64,000 bases of DNA from Octopus sinensis (GCF_006345805.1 NC_043007.1:42160001-42224000), one strand, 5' to 3'; shown: positions 27,421 to 41,079, counted from the first letter of the stretch. The notes: a model not told the origin generated them from the letters alone. Translations and numbers: made by a program.

Positions 27421-29136
27421 TATAATGTATATGTTTGTCTCCTTCCCTTGATAGTGCATGATAGTTGTGCGTTTACTGGCATACAAGAAATGTCACTCAT
27501 TTCCAGTATTCTTTGAAGACATATCTGACTGTAGGGGGGAAATATTATCTTATTTGGAAGCAAGGGCAGGTAGGTGATAGAAATAGCATTCAACCATATG
27601 AAACCTGCATTTGTAAGCTCCATCCAACCCAACCAAGCAAACATGGAAAAGTGGATGTTAAAATGACAAAAGAATAAAGCTGCTTTATTTCCTTCTAACT
27701 TATGTAACCCATACCTGCATGGAAGAATAGATATAAAGCTACTTTTGATTATGTTCTCATCAGTTTGTGAGAAATATTGAAATCGGTAAAAGGTTATGCT
27801 TCAAAACTGTCTCACCATTTACTTAGCGATTAACACTTAGTGACATTAAACACCAGTTGCATTATTCCTGCTGAGAATCTGCCACCAGACAGTGCCAGAC
27901 TTGAGATATTGAAATATTAAAACAATGTTGGTTTTGCTTAGTTAATCAATATAACAGCAGTTAATACTACACTATTAGAATTTGGATGATGACCAATTTA
28001 TCATAGATCTAGCACTTAGATGCTTGCAGCACAAGTGTTTGTGTGTGTATGTATGTGTGTGTGTGTGTGTGTGTATATATAGTCGTGTTTTGTTTTTCTA
28101 TTGTTTGCAAACTACAAAACATTCTTATGAAATTTTAAAAATTATATTTTCACAATTTCACACTTTTAAACCTTTTCATTAAGTTGTTGCCATCATTTAG
28201 CTTCTGACCATCTTGTATTTAGGGTATCCAGGACAAAAAAAAAGAAAAATTATCTAATGTACGCATTCTTGTTTTAAGATAGTAGGATATAATTTGAAGG
28301 AGATTTAGCAATCACACATTGACTGCCTCCTTAGTTCATTTCTTCATTAAGTTATTTGATAGCAGTGTTTTTAAGGTGTTGTAAGTAGTCGTCAGATTTG
28401 GAAACACACAGTGCATGAGACAATCCACATGCCTGGTGATGGTGGTGGTGATGGAGTAAATACTATTTTATAGGTACATCCAAACCATTCCACACTGGAC
28501 ATTGAGACATTGAATAGAATAAAATGAACAACAGTATTTTCAATTTATCAAATCGATATACATATTTCTGGAGATTTACTTAAAATTTCATCAAGATATA
28601 TCATTTAATAAAACTTAACTTTTTTTTTATATGTGAGTCACTGTATTGAAAGTGACTCACTATCTTTCCAGCATTTGTAGTGTGCCTTTTGGTTATGATA
28701 ATATACAAGTGATGGCAATGGGGTACTATTGACAAATAAATGTTGGTTCTACCTGATGTCTTGAGTTCATGAAAAAACATCTTACAAGAAAATATTCAAG
28801 GTTTCATCTGTCTGTGATATTTTCTTTCCTGTGCTTATTTCTTTCCCTGTCATATTTTTCTACTGCTGTCAGCCATTGGATAGACTGTAGCTATACCGGG
28901 ATTGTTGCTTTCAAAGGCTTGTAGCCAGTTAAATCAAATTCAGTATTTCGTCTGATATCTATTTTATTGAGAACAGAAGGCAAAGTCAACTTAGGCATAA
29001 CAGAATGTAACCAAATGCCATTAGATGTAATCAAAGTATTTTAAAGTTCCATCTGTCTTCATGATAGTATCTTCTGTATTTTGGTAATGACAATAGATTA
29101 AAAAAAATATTTTAAAGAATTAAAAAATATGACTTA

Positions 29137-29790
29137 TACACAACTGTGGTGAATATATTATCTAAATTACGCAAATATGAAAATAACCCTGACATCTCAT
29201 TTTAACAGATATATTTACCAAAATTACATAAAATTATTTTGAAATACTAAAGAGTAATTATATTCAATAACATCACCATTGGCTTCAACCACTGACTCCA
29301 GATGACTTTGGAATCTCTTGCAACTCTTCTGAACAGTCTTCTTGTTTAAGTTGGTGAATGCTGCCATAATCCTTATCTTCACTTCATCTTTGGTGTTACA
29401 AGTAGTTCTGTTGATCTCTTGCTCAACTGCACCTCGCACATAATATAAATGGGGTTGCAGTCTAGGTAGTTAGGTAGCCAGATGTTAGAGGGGATGTAGT
29501 TGCAGGAATTGTCTGACTGGGTTCTCCTGCTTGAGTGGCATGGTGCAAAGTCCTGTTGCCAGACATAGGGTCTTCTAGCTGCTACTCTTTTGACCCAGGG
29601 CAGCACTACATCCTTCAAGCACTTGATGTAGGTCTCCGTGTTGAGTCTGAGGCTGTATGGGAAGATGAATGGAGGCATAACGTCACCATCACTAGTGACC
29701 ACTTGATGCACCATGATGTTGAATGGATGCTTGATCTTTATCACTCTTGGTGCATGTCCTCAGATTGCCTGACCAGCTCCTGTCAAACCA
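29137..29790 (-). mobile_element. Truncated Tc1/mariner-superfamily relic, maT/DD37D-like (C-terminal transposase plus one end)
   Basis: VVTSDGDVMPPFIFP...YIKCLKDVVLPWV...YVWQQDFAPCHSSRRTQ...WLPNYLDCNP, frameshifting into GAVEQEINRTTCNTKDE...SHLESVVEANGDVIE. Subfamily assignment is by motif resemblance. Confidence 0.85.
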
Positions 29791-30792
29791 TCTAACTCAT
29801 GCCAGCATGGAAAGCAGACATTAAATGATGATGATAATTTCTAAAGTTTAGCATAAGAACATAAATTTGTAATGGGGAGGTATATTTATTTCTACTGATC
29901 CTAATACTTGGTTAGTGAATACTAAGACAGATAGATGAAAGGTAAAGTTGATTCTGGTGGGATTTAAATTCAAAACCTTTTAATAAAATACCATGAGGCA
30001 TTTAATCTGATGCACTACAGTTTTCTATCTCTCCATTTCCTAATTAACAGTAATAATATTACTCACCTTCCTTAATCTTCTAAGCATTAAGCTTAATTAT
30101 TTTCCCTTCACTCATTATAAAACTAGAAATAATTGAACAAAATCCCTTTCTATTGTGTTTTAATGATTCAGGTGCTTGCCATCTTGTGTTCTCTGCACAC
30201 TCGCTCATATAAACTCTCTCTCTCTCAACCCCCCCCCACACACAAGCACACACAAACACACATACGCACACACAAGCAGCACATTTATCTTTCTGAAACA
30301 TCCTATTTGTTAATTCAACTTGTTGACTGACTTAATGACTGACTTATGTAAAATTTATTTCAAGTGTTTGAATGTTTTCATGCAAGCAGGTGTCCACTGC
30401 ATGCTTGTTATGTTGTGTAATGAGATAATCACTTGTATGCTTTATTATATACAAGAGTTTTGGGTTTTTTTGTCTTTTGTTTGTTGCTTGATATTTTTAG
30501 TATCAATCCTAATCATCAATTTTACCCTCTTACATGCAAAACAATGGTGTATGACTCTTATTCTTTTTTTCTTCTTCATTTTACCTAGTGAAAATAAGAT
30601 CAGGGTATGGATAGGTCCATGTTGATTACACAGGGTAGTTTATCTTATTCACATCAGACCCATTTCAACTCCCATTGAAGATGTAAGATGGAAACATTTC
30701 TCAGTCATTTTAATGTGGGGAAGTCACTTCTGAAATTGTAATTTTAATAGTTTCCATTTGATGGGAAGTATGGATTTGTGTTTGTTATCTAG

Positions 30793-30807
30793 GCTCCGAA
30801 TGGAACG
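30793..30807 (+). CDS. Candidate 15-nt PACS microexon or alternative start exon
   Basis: tttgtgtttgttatctag|GCTCCGAATGGAACG|gtaagc. It is phase 2-2 compatible with exon 38986, giving R-LRME-R-LCSL, or MER-LCSL from its own ATG. Sequence evidence only. Confidence 0.5.
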
Positions 30808-31545
30808 GTAAGCATACTTTGTATTTCTTTTTTTGTTAGTTTATGTATCAGATGATTTTTTTGATTTTTTTTTTTGTATTAGTTGATTGACAGATTCAGA
30901 ACAGTAGACAAAATACCTTGCATCTATTTAAATTCAGTGTTTAAATCTTGCTTCTTCCAACTTGTCTTCTTGTCCTTCCAGGTTAAGGTGATAGAATAAG
31001 AATACCATTCAATTACTGGAATCAATTTAATCAACTATTGCCCCCACTGACCACCAAAAGATATGTTAGAAATCATTAAGGAGAGTGAATTGGTAGAATC
31101 ATTAGTGTTGAACAAAATGCTCGGTATTTCTTCTGGCTCTTGACATTCTGAGTTCAAATCCTGCTGAGATCAACTTTGTCTTTCATCTCAAGGGATTTAT
31201 GTATTAAAGCATCAATCAAACACTAAGATTGATGGCATAGACAAACTCCCTCCCTCAGAATTGCTGGCCTTGTGCCTAAAACAGAAACAGTAGTGTAGTT
31301 GTTGTTATATGAAAGAATTTTTATGAAATATGCCACAGATTATTTTCGCTTTATTCAATTTTGTGACTGTTGAAATAGCTTAAGTTAATATTTTTGGGAA
31401 AGGCATGAACATTACTACATCTCATTTTTCTTCTTCCTTACCTCAATATTGAGGCATCTGTAAGTAAAGTTCACATGCATAAATATGTGTGTTACATCTA
31501 TATTTACATATATCTATATGCAAAGGCAAAGTTCATACCTCTTGG

Positions 31546-31598
<53 letters not shown>

Positions 31599-31689
31599 TT
31601 TACATCCTTTCAGTTCAGGCTCATTAAAAATAGCCCTGCACGGAAAACGCCATGCCACCACCAGTGAGACAATGATTCTAATCTTTATG

Positions 31690-31850
31690 GGATTTCAACC
31701 ATCTAGAAATAGCAGCTAAATTTCTGTAAAATTATACCTACCATCTTAAAAAGGAAAAAAATACACATGTCGTGTCTTAAAACAAAAATGCAGGCTAGTC
31801 ATGACTGTAAGGCCTTTGATCATAGGTCTGTTTGATCAGTAAAACAACAA
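31690..31850 (+). repeat. Representative copy of a very abundant old dispersed repeat of about 200 bp
   Basis: Motif tagaaatagcagccaaatct...accatcttaaaa...gatggtcatggctggaa..cctttgatcataggtctg recurs in both orientations. Examples lie near 5450, 6200, 9470, 12050, 12310, 14520, 16070, 17740, 38240, 44790, 46360 and 61630. Class not determined. Confidence 0.7.
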
Positions 31851-34800
31851 TGCTAGTAAATATAAATCTATAGCATGTGTAATAATGCATGTTTGTCCTG
31901 TGCTCAGTAACCAACTATACTGTCACAGCTTAAGGCATAGGTACAAATTATGCTTCTCAGAGATAATTTAGCTTGCAACAAATACACAGGTGTGTGCAAA
32001 CCACTGCTTAACTTCAGAAAAATGTTGAATTTTTACAGTAAGTGTTAAAATATAAACCAACAAGAGCTGTACTCAAAAACTGATTATATTAAATGTTCAT
32101 ATATTTGGTGCTTATCAACTTACTCTCCTCTTATCTTAATTGGATTGCTACTGTGAAGGATCAGAAGTATCAGGAAACACTTGATTACCATCTGGCTATT
32201 AAAATGCTCTCTCTCAGGTATCACTCTAAATATTTTAGAAAAATTTGAAATCTTTTAAAGCCCTTCTTACACTTGCTTCACCCAGTCTCTCTGAAGTTTC
32301 ATAGATTATAAGCTACTTCATAGAAGATCTGTATTGGTTAGAAATGATGGAATGCCCATCTTTGTTTTCAGTTTCATCTGAGTTCAAATACTGCTTGAAC
32401 CAACACTTGCCTTCCATCTAGTCTGGAATTGATAAAATTATTCCCAGGCAAGTACTGAGATTGATTCAATTAGCTATGCTCCTCTTTTACACTGTGGTTT
32501 TATATCAATCAATGTAAGAAATCTTTGTCCTATGTATGCACCGTGCTTCATCATTTGACTGGACTTTTGGAATTGTTTGTGGTATATTCTTAAATGAAGT
32601 CTGTTGAGTTTAAATCCTCCACCCTTTCTCCTGGTTTTGTTTTTTTAAACTGTAACTGAAACCTTGTTGGGTAAAAACAATTTTTGTTTCGTTTTTTTTC
32701 TATTTTCAACATTGTAAATGAGAGATGTCAACAACTTCAGCCATTTGTGTTCTTATCTTCGTAATACAGCCTTATTTTTATTGCCAATCTAGTTTTAAAG
32801 TTTCTACAAGAATTCTTTTCCTTTCTTTGTCTTTTTTTTTCAAGTATTTTTCTAAATCAAGATTCCCAAATGAAATATTTCCTACTATACAGCATCTGAG
32901 TCATCTTGTAAAGATTTATTTGGATTAAAACTCGAGTAAATAAGAATATGTGATCAGTTAACAGATTCATATATTCAGAGCTTACTTAGATTTTCATCAA
33001 GTCCACTATATCAACTATATTCTCTTCCTGAATTAGGTTGAAAGCCTTATTAATATTCTGTCATACAGAAATGTCTAGCATTCATTCTTACTGAATTAGG
33101 CCTAAAGCAATATATGTACAACACAAATGTTTAGTATTCAGAATATTTGCAAATATATTATGAAAAAATGTTATTCTTTTAAATCTTTTTGTTTAGTTTT
33201 GTGTCAGTCTAAGCCAAACTTCATCTTCCTCTCTTTCCCATTGTACATATGTGTTAGTACATGTTTGTATATTTGTGTGCATGTCTGTGTGTGTCTTTAA
33301 TGTTTCTGTACATATGCATATGTGTATACATGTATATGTATGTAGGTGCTGCAGGTTTGACTGTGTAGTTAAGTTTGTTTCCCACATGGTTTTGGGTTCA
33401 CTCCCACTGTGTGGCACCTTGGGCAAGTGTCTTTTACCATAGTCCCAGACCAACCAAAGGTATCTCCTACCTACAGATGTGCAATCATGCTGTGAAATTT
33501 GTTCTTTGCCTATATTTGTCGTTGCTGGGCTGTGGAGGGTTAAGTGTCAAACTAACTGCAGTCATATTTAGTCCCAATATTCTGAATTTAGAATTGTAGG
33601 GATGGAACAAGTGACTCTCTTTCACCCTCCAGGATCATTAAAGCATGTATCACCCATGTCCTATGTCCCACCTTCAATTGTATGATTTTCTGTTGGTACA
33701 AGATGTTATTAGTAATGTTATAATGATCCTATTTGTAATCCTATTTTCCATTGTGTGTGTGTGTGTATGCATGTATTTGACTGTGTATGTGTATATAGAG
33801 TAGTCAGTCAATGCAATCATTAAAACACCAAACAAATACCTTATAACAACTGTATTAGCTTTTACGTATTTGAATTCAACTCTTACCTTGCCCAAGTTTG
33901 CACCATCTTTCTGGGGGGGGGGTGTCAATGAATGAGTTCTTTTCACTCTTTCCCTCTCTCTCAACCAGCTACCCTTCACTGTGTGAGAGTCACAGAAAGC
34001 AGGAGAACCACTTACTGTTCCTTTCTTCCAGAAATGGAGGGTTGAGCTAGGGGTCAACAACTTCTTTTCATCCAGCATGCTACAAAAAGCATCCAAAGAA
34101 ATCTGGGAACATGATAGGCATGGCTAGACCTATGTACCTTACAGCACAGAACAATTTAAAAATGTGTGTGTGTGTGTGTTATATAATAAAACCAAGACTA
34201 ACGCAGAAAAGTGATGAGGATGATGATGGTCATGGTGTGGGTGGTGGTAGAGGCCATGATGAGGGTGATGTGGATGATGATGTGTATGATGTTGACAGAA
34301 AGAATGTTAGTCCCTTTGTATCTGTTATTTCAGGTAACATGCTATCCAGGCAGCTGGTTGTGGAGTGCTAGGTTTTGTCTCTGCCCCTTCTCACACATTC
34401 ATATTGATAACCTCTTGTTTGTATGTGAATGACAGAGAGAAAGGGAAAGAGTCTGAGAGAGAGGGAGAGAGAGAGAGAGAGAGAGAGAAAAACTGTTTTT
34501 TGCAATGCCTGAGTCATAGTTGTCATGTCAACACAAGAAGTTACTGCTGCAGTGGGAGGGCGTGTGCAGTGACCTCTTTGAACTCTCTCTCCCTCCCTCC
34601 CTCCCTCTCTCTCCCTCTTAGTTAATAAAGGTGAGGATGGTAACAGTAAAATCCTAGAGAGGCTGTCCATGTCTGTGTTTGTGACCGAGTTTTCTATCTC
34701 TCAGTGGAAGCTATTTTGCTTTGCTTAATTTGCTAATGAATGTCCTTTAGTGTGTGTGTGTGTGTGTGTGTAATGATTACATGCAAACATATGTTTACAT

Positions 34801-35456
34801 GAATCTAGCCCTTTCCAACAAGTACTTTTAGTTATCTGTTTTGTTGTACTTATTCCATTTCTTTTTCTTAAGAGGTTTACATGTGTGAGTCACCTTCTTT
34901 GTTGTTACTCTTTTGATATCTTGAATTTTGATTATATTTTATCCACGTTATTATCATCGTCATCATCACTACCACCACGATTATTTCTCTTACTGATATT
35001 GGCTGCATAGATTTGCACAAAGGCTTAATTTTGAACACACTTGTTATTACACTGTTAGAGTTTTACAGTGTTCTGGTACTATACTCCATCTACGCACGCA
35101 CACATTATAATTCTCCATAATTATCTATAAACCATCACTAAAATCAAAGGCACAGCTGTATGGTTAAGAACACACACTGGCTTGGTGACTGTGTGGTTAA
35201 GTTGTTTTCACAACCATGTGCTTCTCAGTTCAGTCTCACTGCACAACACTTTGACCAAGTGTTTTCTTTCACAGCCTCAGACCAATGAGTGTCTTGTGAG
35301 TGAATTTGGAAAATAGAAATTGTGTAGAAGCCCTATGTATGTGGTACCAAATTTAAAATAAAGGTTGATTTGTTTGATGAAAACATCTTAAAGCAGTGCT
35401 GTAGCATGGCCACAACCCAATGACTGAAACCAGTAAAAGAATATAAAAAAAAAACG

Positions 35457-35920
35457 TAGGAGTGGCTGTGTGGTCAGTAGCTTGCTTACGAACCACATGG
35501 TTCCAAGTTCAGTCCCACTGCATGTCACCTTGGGCAATTGTCTTCTACTATAGCCTTGGGCCAGCCAAAGCCTTGTGAGTGGATTTGGTTGACGGAAACT
35601 GAAAGAAGCTGTCGTATATATGTGTGGTGTGAGATGTGTGTGTGGGTCTGTGGGTGTGTGTGTGTGTGTGTGTGTGGTGTGTGTGTGGTGTTGGATTTAT
35701 ATATATATTATATATATAAAGTGTGGGTGTTCTGTTTGTCCCCCAACATCGCTTGACAACCGATGCTGGTGTGCATATGTCCCTGTAACTTAGCAATTCG
35801 GCAAAAGAGATCGATAGAATAAGTATGAGGCTTACAAAGAATAAGTCCTAGGGTCAATTTGTTTGATTAAAGGCGGTGCTCCAGCATGGCCACAGTCAAA
35901 TAACTGAAACAAGTTCAAGA
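35457..35920 (+). mobile_element. SINE family A, full length, preceded by an older copy at about 35150-35445
   Basis: Colinear with the other family-A copies. Further partial copies lie near 7530, 15880(-), 19940, 25625, 33340, 48760, 57820 and 63960. Confidence 0.88.
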
Positions 35921-36324
35921 GTAAACCTAATTTTTCTAAACCATGGTTTTCTTAAATCAGCCTTTTGGTCAGTTGTTACATACATCAGCTGAGTGAGTTA
36001 TTTTTTGCATAACCATATCAGTCCATTAATGTGTTGCACAGTCAACTGAAAGTCCGACTGAACAAAACTGTGGTTTGGATTATGTAATCCTGTTTATCTT
36101 GTAGACAGATATCAGACTCTTAATTCAACAAGATTGTGTTGAGTATTTTGTTTTTTGTGTACCACTAAGTAAACAAAAACTACACACACACACACACAAT
36201 CATCATTTAACATTCATGTTCCATGCTGGCATGGATTGGACATATGTTTGTGTGTTTGTGAATATATGTACATGTATATGAATTTTGTTTGTATGGGTAT
36301 GTATCAGTTTGCATCTCCCTTCTG

Positions 36325-36355
<31 letters not shown>

Positions 36356-37090
36356 GTTCTGTTTCTCTCTCTCTGTTCTGTTTCTCTCTCTCTGTTATGT
36401 TCTATCTCTCTTTTATTTCTGCTGGTTTATCTTGTTCTGTTCTCTCTCTCTCTCTCTATCTCTTCACTCTCTCTTTTCTGTTTTTTTCTCCCTTCTCTCG
36501 TTCTCATCTTCTCTCTCTCTGTTTCAGTTTCTATCTCTCTCTTGTTCAGTTTCTCTCTCTCAAACTCTGTTTCAGTGTCTCTCTCTCTCTCCCACTCTGT
36601 TCGTTTCTCTCTCTCTCTCTTCCACTCTGTTAAGTTTCTCTCTCTCCCCCACTCTGTTCAGTTCTCCTCTCTCTCACACTCTGTTCAGTTACTCTCTCTC
36701 TCTCTCTCACTACTCTGTTCAGTTTCTCTCTCTCTCTCTCTATCTCTCACTCTGTTCAGTTTCTCTCTCTCTCTCAACTCTGTTCAGTTTCTATCTCTCT
36801 CTAACATCTTTTCAGTTTATCTCTCTCTCTCTCTCTCACTCTGTTCAGTTTCTCTCTCTCTCTCTCACTCTGTTCAGTTTCTCTATCTCTCTCACTCTGT
36901 TCAGTTTCTCTCTCTCTCTCTCACGTGTTCAGTTTCTCTCTCTCTCTCACTCTGTTCAGTTTCTCTCTCTTCTCTCTCTCTCTCTCACTCTGTTCAGTTT
37001 CTCTCTCTCTCTCTCTCTCACTCTGTTCAGTTTCTCTCTCTCTCTCTCTCACTTGTTTCAGTTCTCTCTCTCTCTCTCACACTCTGTTCA

Positions 37091-37124
<34 letters not shown>

Positions 37125-37903
37125 CAGTTTCTCTCTCTCTCTCACTCTGTTCAGTTTCTCTCTCTCTCTCTCTCACTCTGTTCAGTTTCTCTCTCTCTCT
37201 CACTCTGTTCAGTTTCTCTCTCTCTCACTCTGTTCAGTTTACTCTCTCTCTCACTCTGTTCAGTTTCTCTCTCTCTCACTCTGGTTCAGTTTCTCTCTCT
37301 CTCTCACTCTGTTCAGTTCTCTCTCTCTCTCCACTCTGTTCAGGTTCTCTATCTCTCTCTCTCTCACTCTGTTCAGTTTCTCTCTCTCTCTCTCTCACTC
37401 TGTTCAGTCTTCTCTCTCTCTCTCTCTCACTTGTTCAGGTATCTCTACTCTCTCTCTCTCACTCTGTTCAGTTTCTCTCTCTCTCTCTCTATCTCACTGT
37501 GTTAAGTTTCTCATCTCTCTCTCTATCTACTCACTCTGTTCAGTTTCTCTCTCTATCTCTCTTCACTCTGTTCAGTTTCTCTCTCTCTCTCTCTCACTCT
37601 GTTCAGTTTCTCTCTCTCTCTCTCTCACTCTGTTCAGTTTCTCTCTCTCTCTCTCTCTCACTCTGTTCAGTTTCTCTCTCTTCTCTTCTCTCACTCTGTT
37701 CAGTTTCTCTCTCTCTCTCTCTATCACTATGTTCAGTTCTCTCTCTCTCTCTATCCTCTCTACTATGTTCAGTTCTCTCTCTCTCTCTCTCTCTCACTCT
37801 GTTCAGTTTCTCTCTCTCTCTCTCTCTCTCACTCTGTTCAGTTTCTCTCTCTCTCTCTCTCTCTCACTCTGTTCAGTTTCTCTCTCTCTCTCTCTGTTCA
37901 GTT

Positions 37904-37934
<31 letters not shown>

Positions 37935-38095
37935 GTTCAGTTTCTCTCTCTCTCTCTCTCTCTCTCACTCTGTTCAGTTTCTCTCTCTCTCTCTCTCACT
38001 CTGTTCAGTTTCTCTCTCTCTCTCACTCTGTTCAGTTTCTCTCTCTCTCTCACTTGTTCAGTTTCTCTCTCTCTCTCTCTCTCTCTCTCTTCTTG
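36325..38095 (+). repeat. Compound satellite: CACTCTGTTCAGTTT alternating with variable (CT)n, roughly 50 units
   Basis: Directly visible. It explains the spurious 390-620 aa ORFs. Confidence 0.97.
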
Positions 38096-38985
38096 TACAG
38101 TAGTTGAGGGAAGTGAAATCTTAGAATTTACCTTGTATAGATTGAACTTGATTCTTTTCCTCTTTGTTACTATATCTAGCCTGGTGACACTAATTAGAAA
38201 AGAGCAAAACGAGAGAGCCTCTATGTGGGCACTCAGTTACCTAGAAATAGTAGCCAAATCTCCTTCAGTCATAGCTTAAAATCTCAAAGAAAATATACAT
38301 CATATTATGTAGTCCTACAAAACATTAAAAAGACTGGATGGTCATAGCTGGAATGCCCTTAGTCATAGATTTGCTCTGCCTGATTGACCTGGTTCAAAGC
38401 ATTTTCAATGGTGGAAGCAACAAGGGAATATCCGTACAACTTTCATTGTATGCCTCTGTGTGTGTGTATGTGTGTATTCATGCATGTTATCAGAAATACT
38501 TGAGAAAGTGAAGTAGTGTTCTGACCCCCTAGTTCTTATTAGGGCAACCAGAAACTGAATGATCCTCAGGTCTTACATCAAAATATCCTTTTCTAAGATG
38601 TTCTAACAAATGTTGAACCCCCACCCCTATAGAGGGGAAGGTGGAGGGGACAGGGAATTGGTTCTGTCTGGAAAGCAAATGTAGTTCTGTGCATGCTTTA
38701 TTCACTGTAATCATTCATTTACAGAACCTTCTTCAGACCTCAAACGGATAACTAGCGAGCTTCCACCATGTATGTATGTAGGTATGTGCATATATGCATA
38801 TGTGTGCCTATGTATATACATGCATATTGTATGTATCTATATTTGCCTCTGCAGTCAATACTTGTAAACATATTTGCATAGAATATTTAAATATGATTTT
38901 CAAAAGAAAAATATCAAATTAAAGAAAGATGTCATAAGATGTTTATTATTTTCATTAATATCTTTTCTCTTGTTTTCTTCTACAG

Positions 38986-39073
38986 ACTCTGCAGTTTGAC
39001 ACTAACTAGACTGGTTGTCCAGAAACCATTGGAAAATGATCTCACCTCTATAATCATTGCTGTCAAGATGCAG
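38986..39073 (+). CDS. PACS: PACS coding exon (equivalent to vertebrate PACS1/2 exon 2), 88 nt, phase 2 to phase 0
   Basis: Acceptor tcttttctcttgttttcttctacag|A and donor ATGCAG|gtaaaa. Translation (R)LCSLTLTRLVVQKPLENDLTSIIIAVKMQ matches PACS2 [30 protein letters not shown] as recalled from knowledge of the family. Confidence 0.95.
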
Positions 39074-41079
39074 GTAAAAGATTCTTATCTATTGCACTTT
39101 GGATTGAGTCAATGAGGGAGCCTTTACAACAGATATATTATACATAGCAGCTAAGATCTCCCTCAGATCGTATGCTACTGTCTTAAAATTAAAAACGGAT
39201 TATATTGGACAGTGATAGGATGGTCATGGTGGGAATGTTTTTGGCCATATGTTTGCTTAATGTGAACTGACCTAGAGCTAAATAGTAGCTTTAGTTGATT
39301 GTAAAATGGTGTCGACTGTCTGTTGTTTTAAAGTAAATTGTTCATTTTGAAGTCTCCATTGTTGTGAATTCTGATCATACTGAGAAACCGTATGACAGTG
39401 CAAGGGTTTGATGTCAATCCAGGAACTGATGTGTTCACTGCAAGTTGACTGTGTAGTGACTGTATGCACATGTAAAGATTGTATGTCATGTTTTGGGGAT
39501 GTGAACCTTACAGATATAGAACATATGACCATGTGGGAACTGTACATGGTTGCTCAGTCTATAAGAAAGAGCAGCGAAATCTTGTTCAAATCAAAAGGCA
39601 AGATATATTGGGTAATGTAATTTTTTATGCACTGTTCTGTAAAAATAAGACTGGATAAGTTTGAATGCCTTTGATTCAAAAAGGGCTAAACAATAACAAC
39701 TGTCTGACAGAACATTAAAGTGTATCAAAGGTACAGACATGCGAGGATTGTATAGTGACTGTGCAGACATGTAAGGAGTATATTGGGCGATGTAACTGTG
39801 CTGAAGAGATAATATGGTGGTTCTATAGAGATGTAGCATAGTGGAGCTACATGGCAACAGGTGTATATGGAAATATAGCAAATGTCTTGAGATATAAATG
39901 GACAGACTATGGCAATAAGTGGACCTGTACTGCAGTATAGAAATTGTATTGCAATAGGTGGACCGTACAGAGATGAGGGTGAGTGCATGGCAACTTGTAA
40001 ACTGTATGAAAAAAGAAACTTATGTTCTGCATTGAGATGTAGAAGAGTGTTGACATTCCAGCAGTGGCCATTCTGCCTTTTTACTTTCAAGATATATCTA
40101 GGACACTATTATTCAGCATATTTTTTTTTGTTTTTTTTTCTCTAGGAAAGTTATGGATCTTGTAATGTGGTAATTGCATGTGGAGGAGTTTGTCATAAGA
40201 AATTAGGGGATGGGAAATTTAGTGATTATGTACTGATGTAGAATGTAAAGCAAATTGCTATATAGGATATAGCAATGCAGTGTAGTGATTAGTGTGTGTG
40301 TGTAGCAGAATAACGAGTATACGGAGGTGTGGAATGTATAACAGTGCAGTGAGGTGTATAGCAATATAATAAGTGTATAAGATGTAGAAAATATAATAGC
40401 AATATGCTGAATGTATATAGTGCTGTAGTGAGTGTGTAGAGTAATGAGGTGAATGTATAGCAGTATGGTGAGTATACTGCAGTGAATACTATCATCGTCG
40501 TTTTTGATGTCCCTTTTTCCATATGCGCTTAGGTTGGATGGAGTTTATTAAGGCCAATAATTTACAGCTAGATGCTCTTCCTTTTATCAACCCTTACTTG
40601 TTTCCAAGCAAGGTAACATTTCCTCAGTTGAAGGGCATGAACTTGTTGCATGATTAATGGACCCATGCATGGAACATGGCAGCTACTGCTGTAGCCTGTA
40701 CATCACTCTGTGTGTATAAACCTGCAGAACTTCTGAAGTTTGCAACTGATTGTCTTCAAACTGGGAACATGCATTACTTAAGTTCCAGAGATGGTTTAAG
40801 ACTCTTAATTTTTTTCACATAATGAGTAATGGGGCCTCTAGCCAGTTCCTGTAGTACCATAGGAGCAATATGTTGAAATAAAAACTGTTTGGAGCATACT
40901 GTTTATTATGAAAAGTATGATGAAATTTTAAATCCTGAGCAACTATTCAACTATTTTTTTAGCTTCAGTATCAAAGTCTTCCTTCTAAGCATAGATGAAG
41001 CCTATACAAATACTCTTCAGCTATTGATTACACACTGAAATATTGTATATACATTAGCCTACTAATTTATGGTGTCAAA

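Noticed and set aside
36236-38107. ORFs of 390-620 aa, and a repeat-spacer look reminiscent of CRISPR
   Set aside because: The ORFs are translations of a stop-free CT satellite. The spacers are only (CT)n of variable length, the context is eukaryotic and there are no cas genes.
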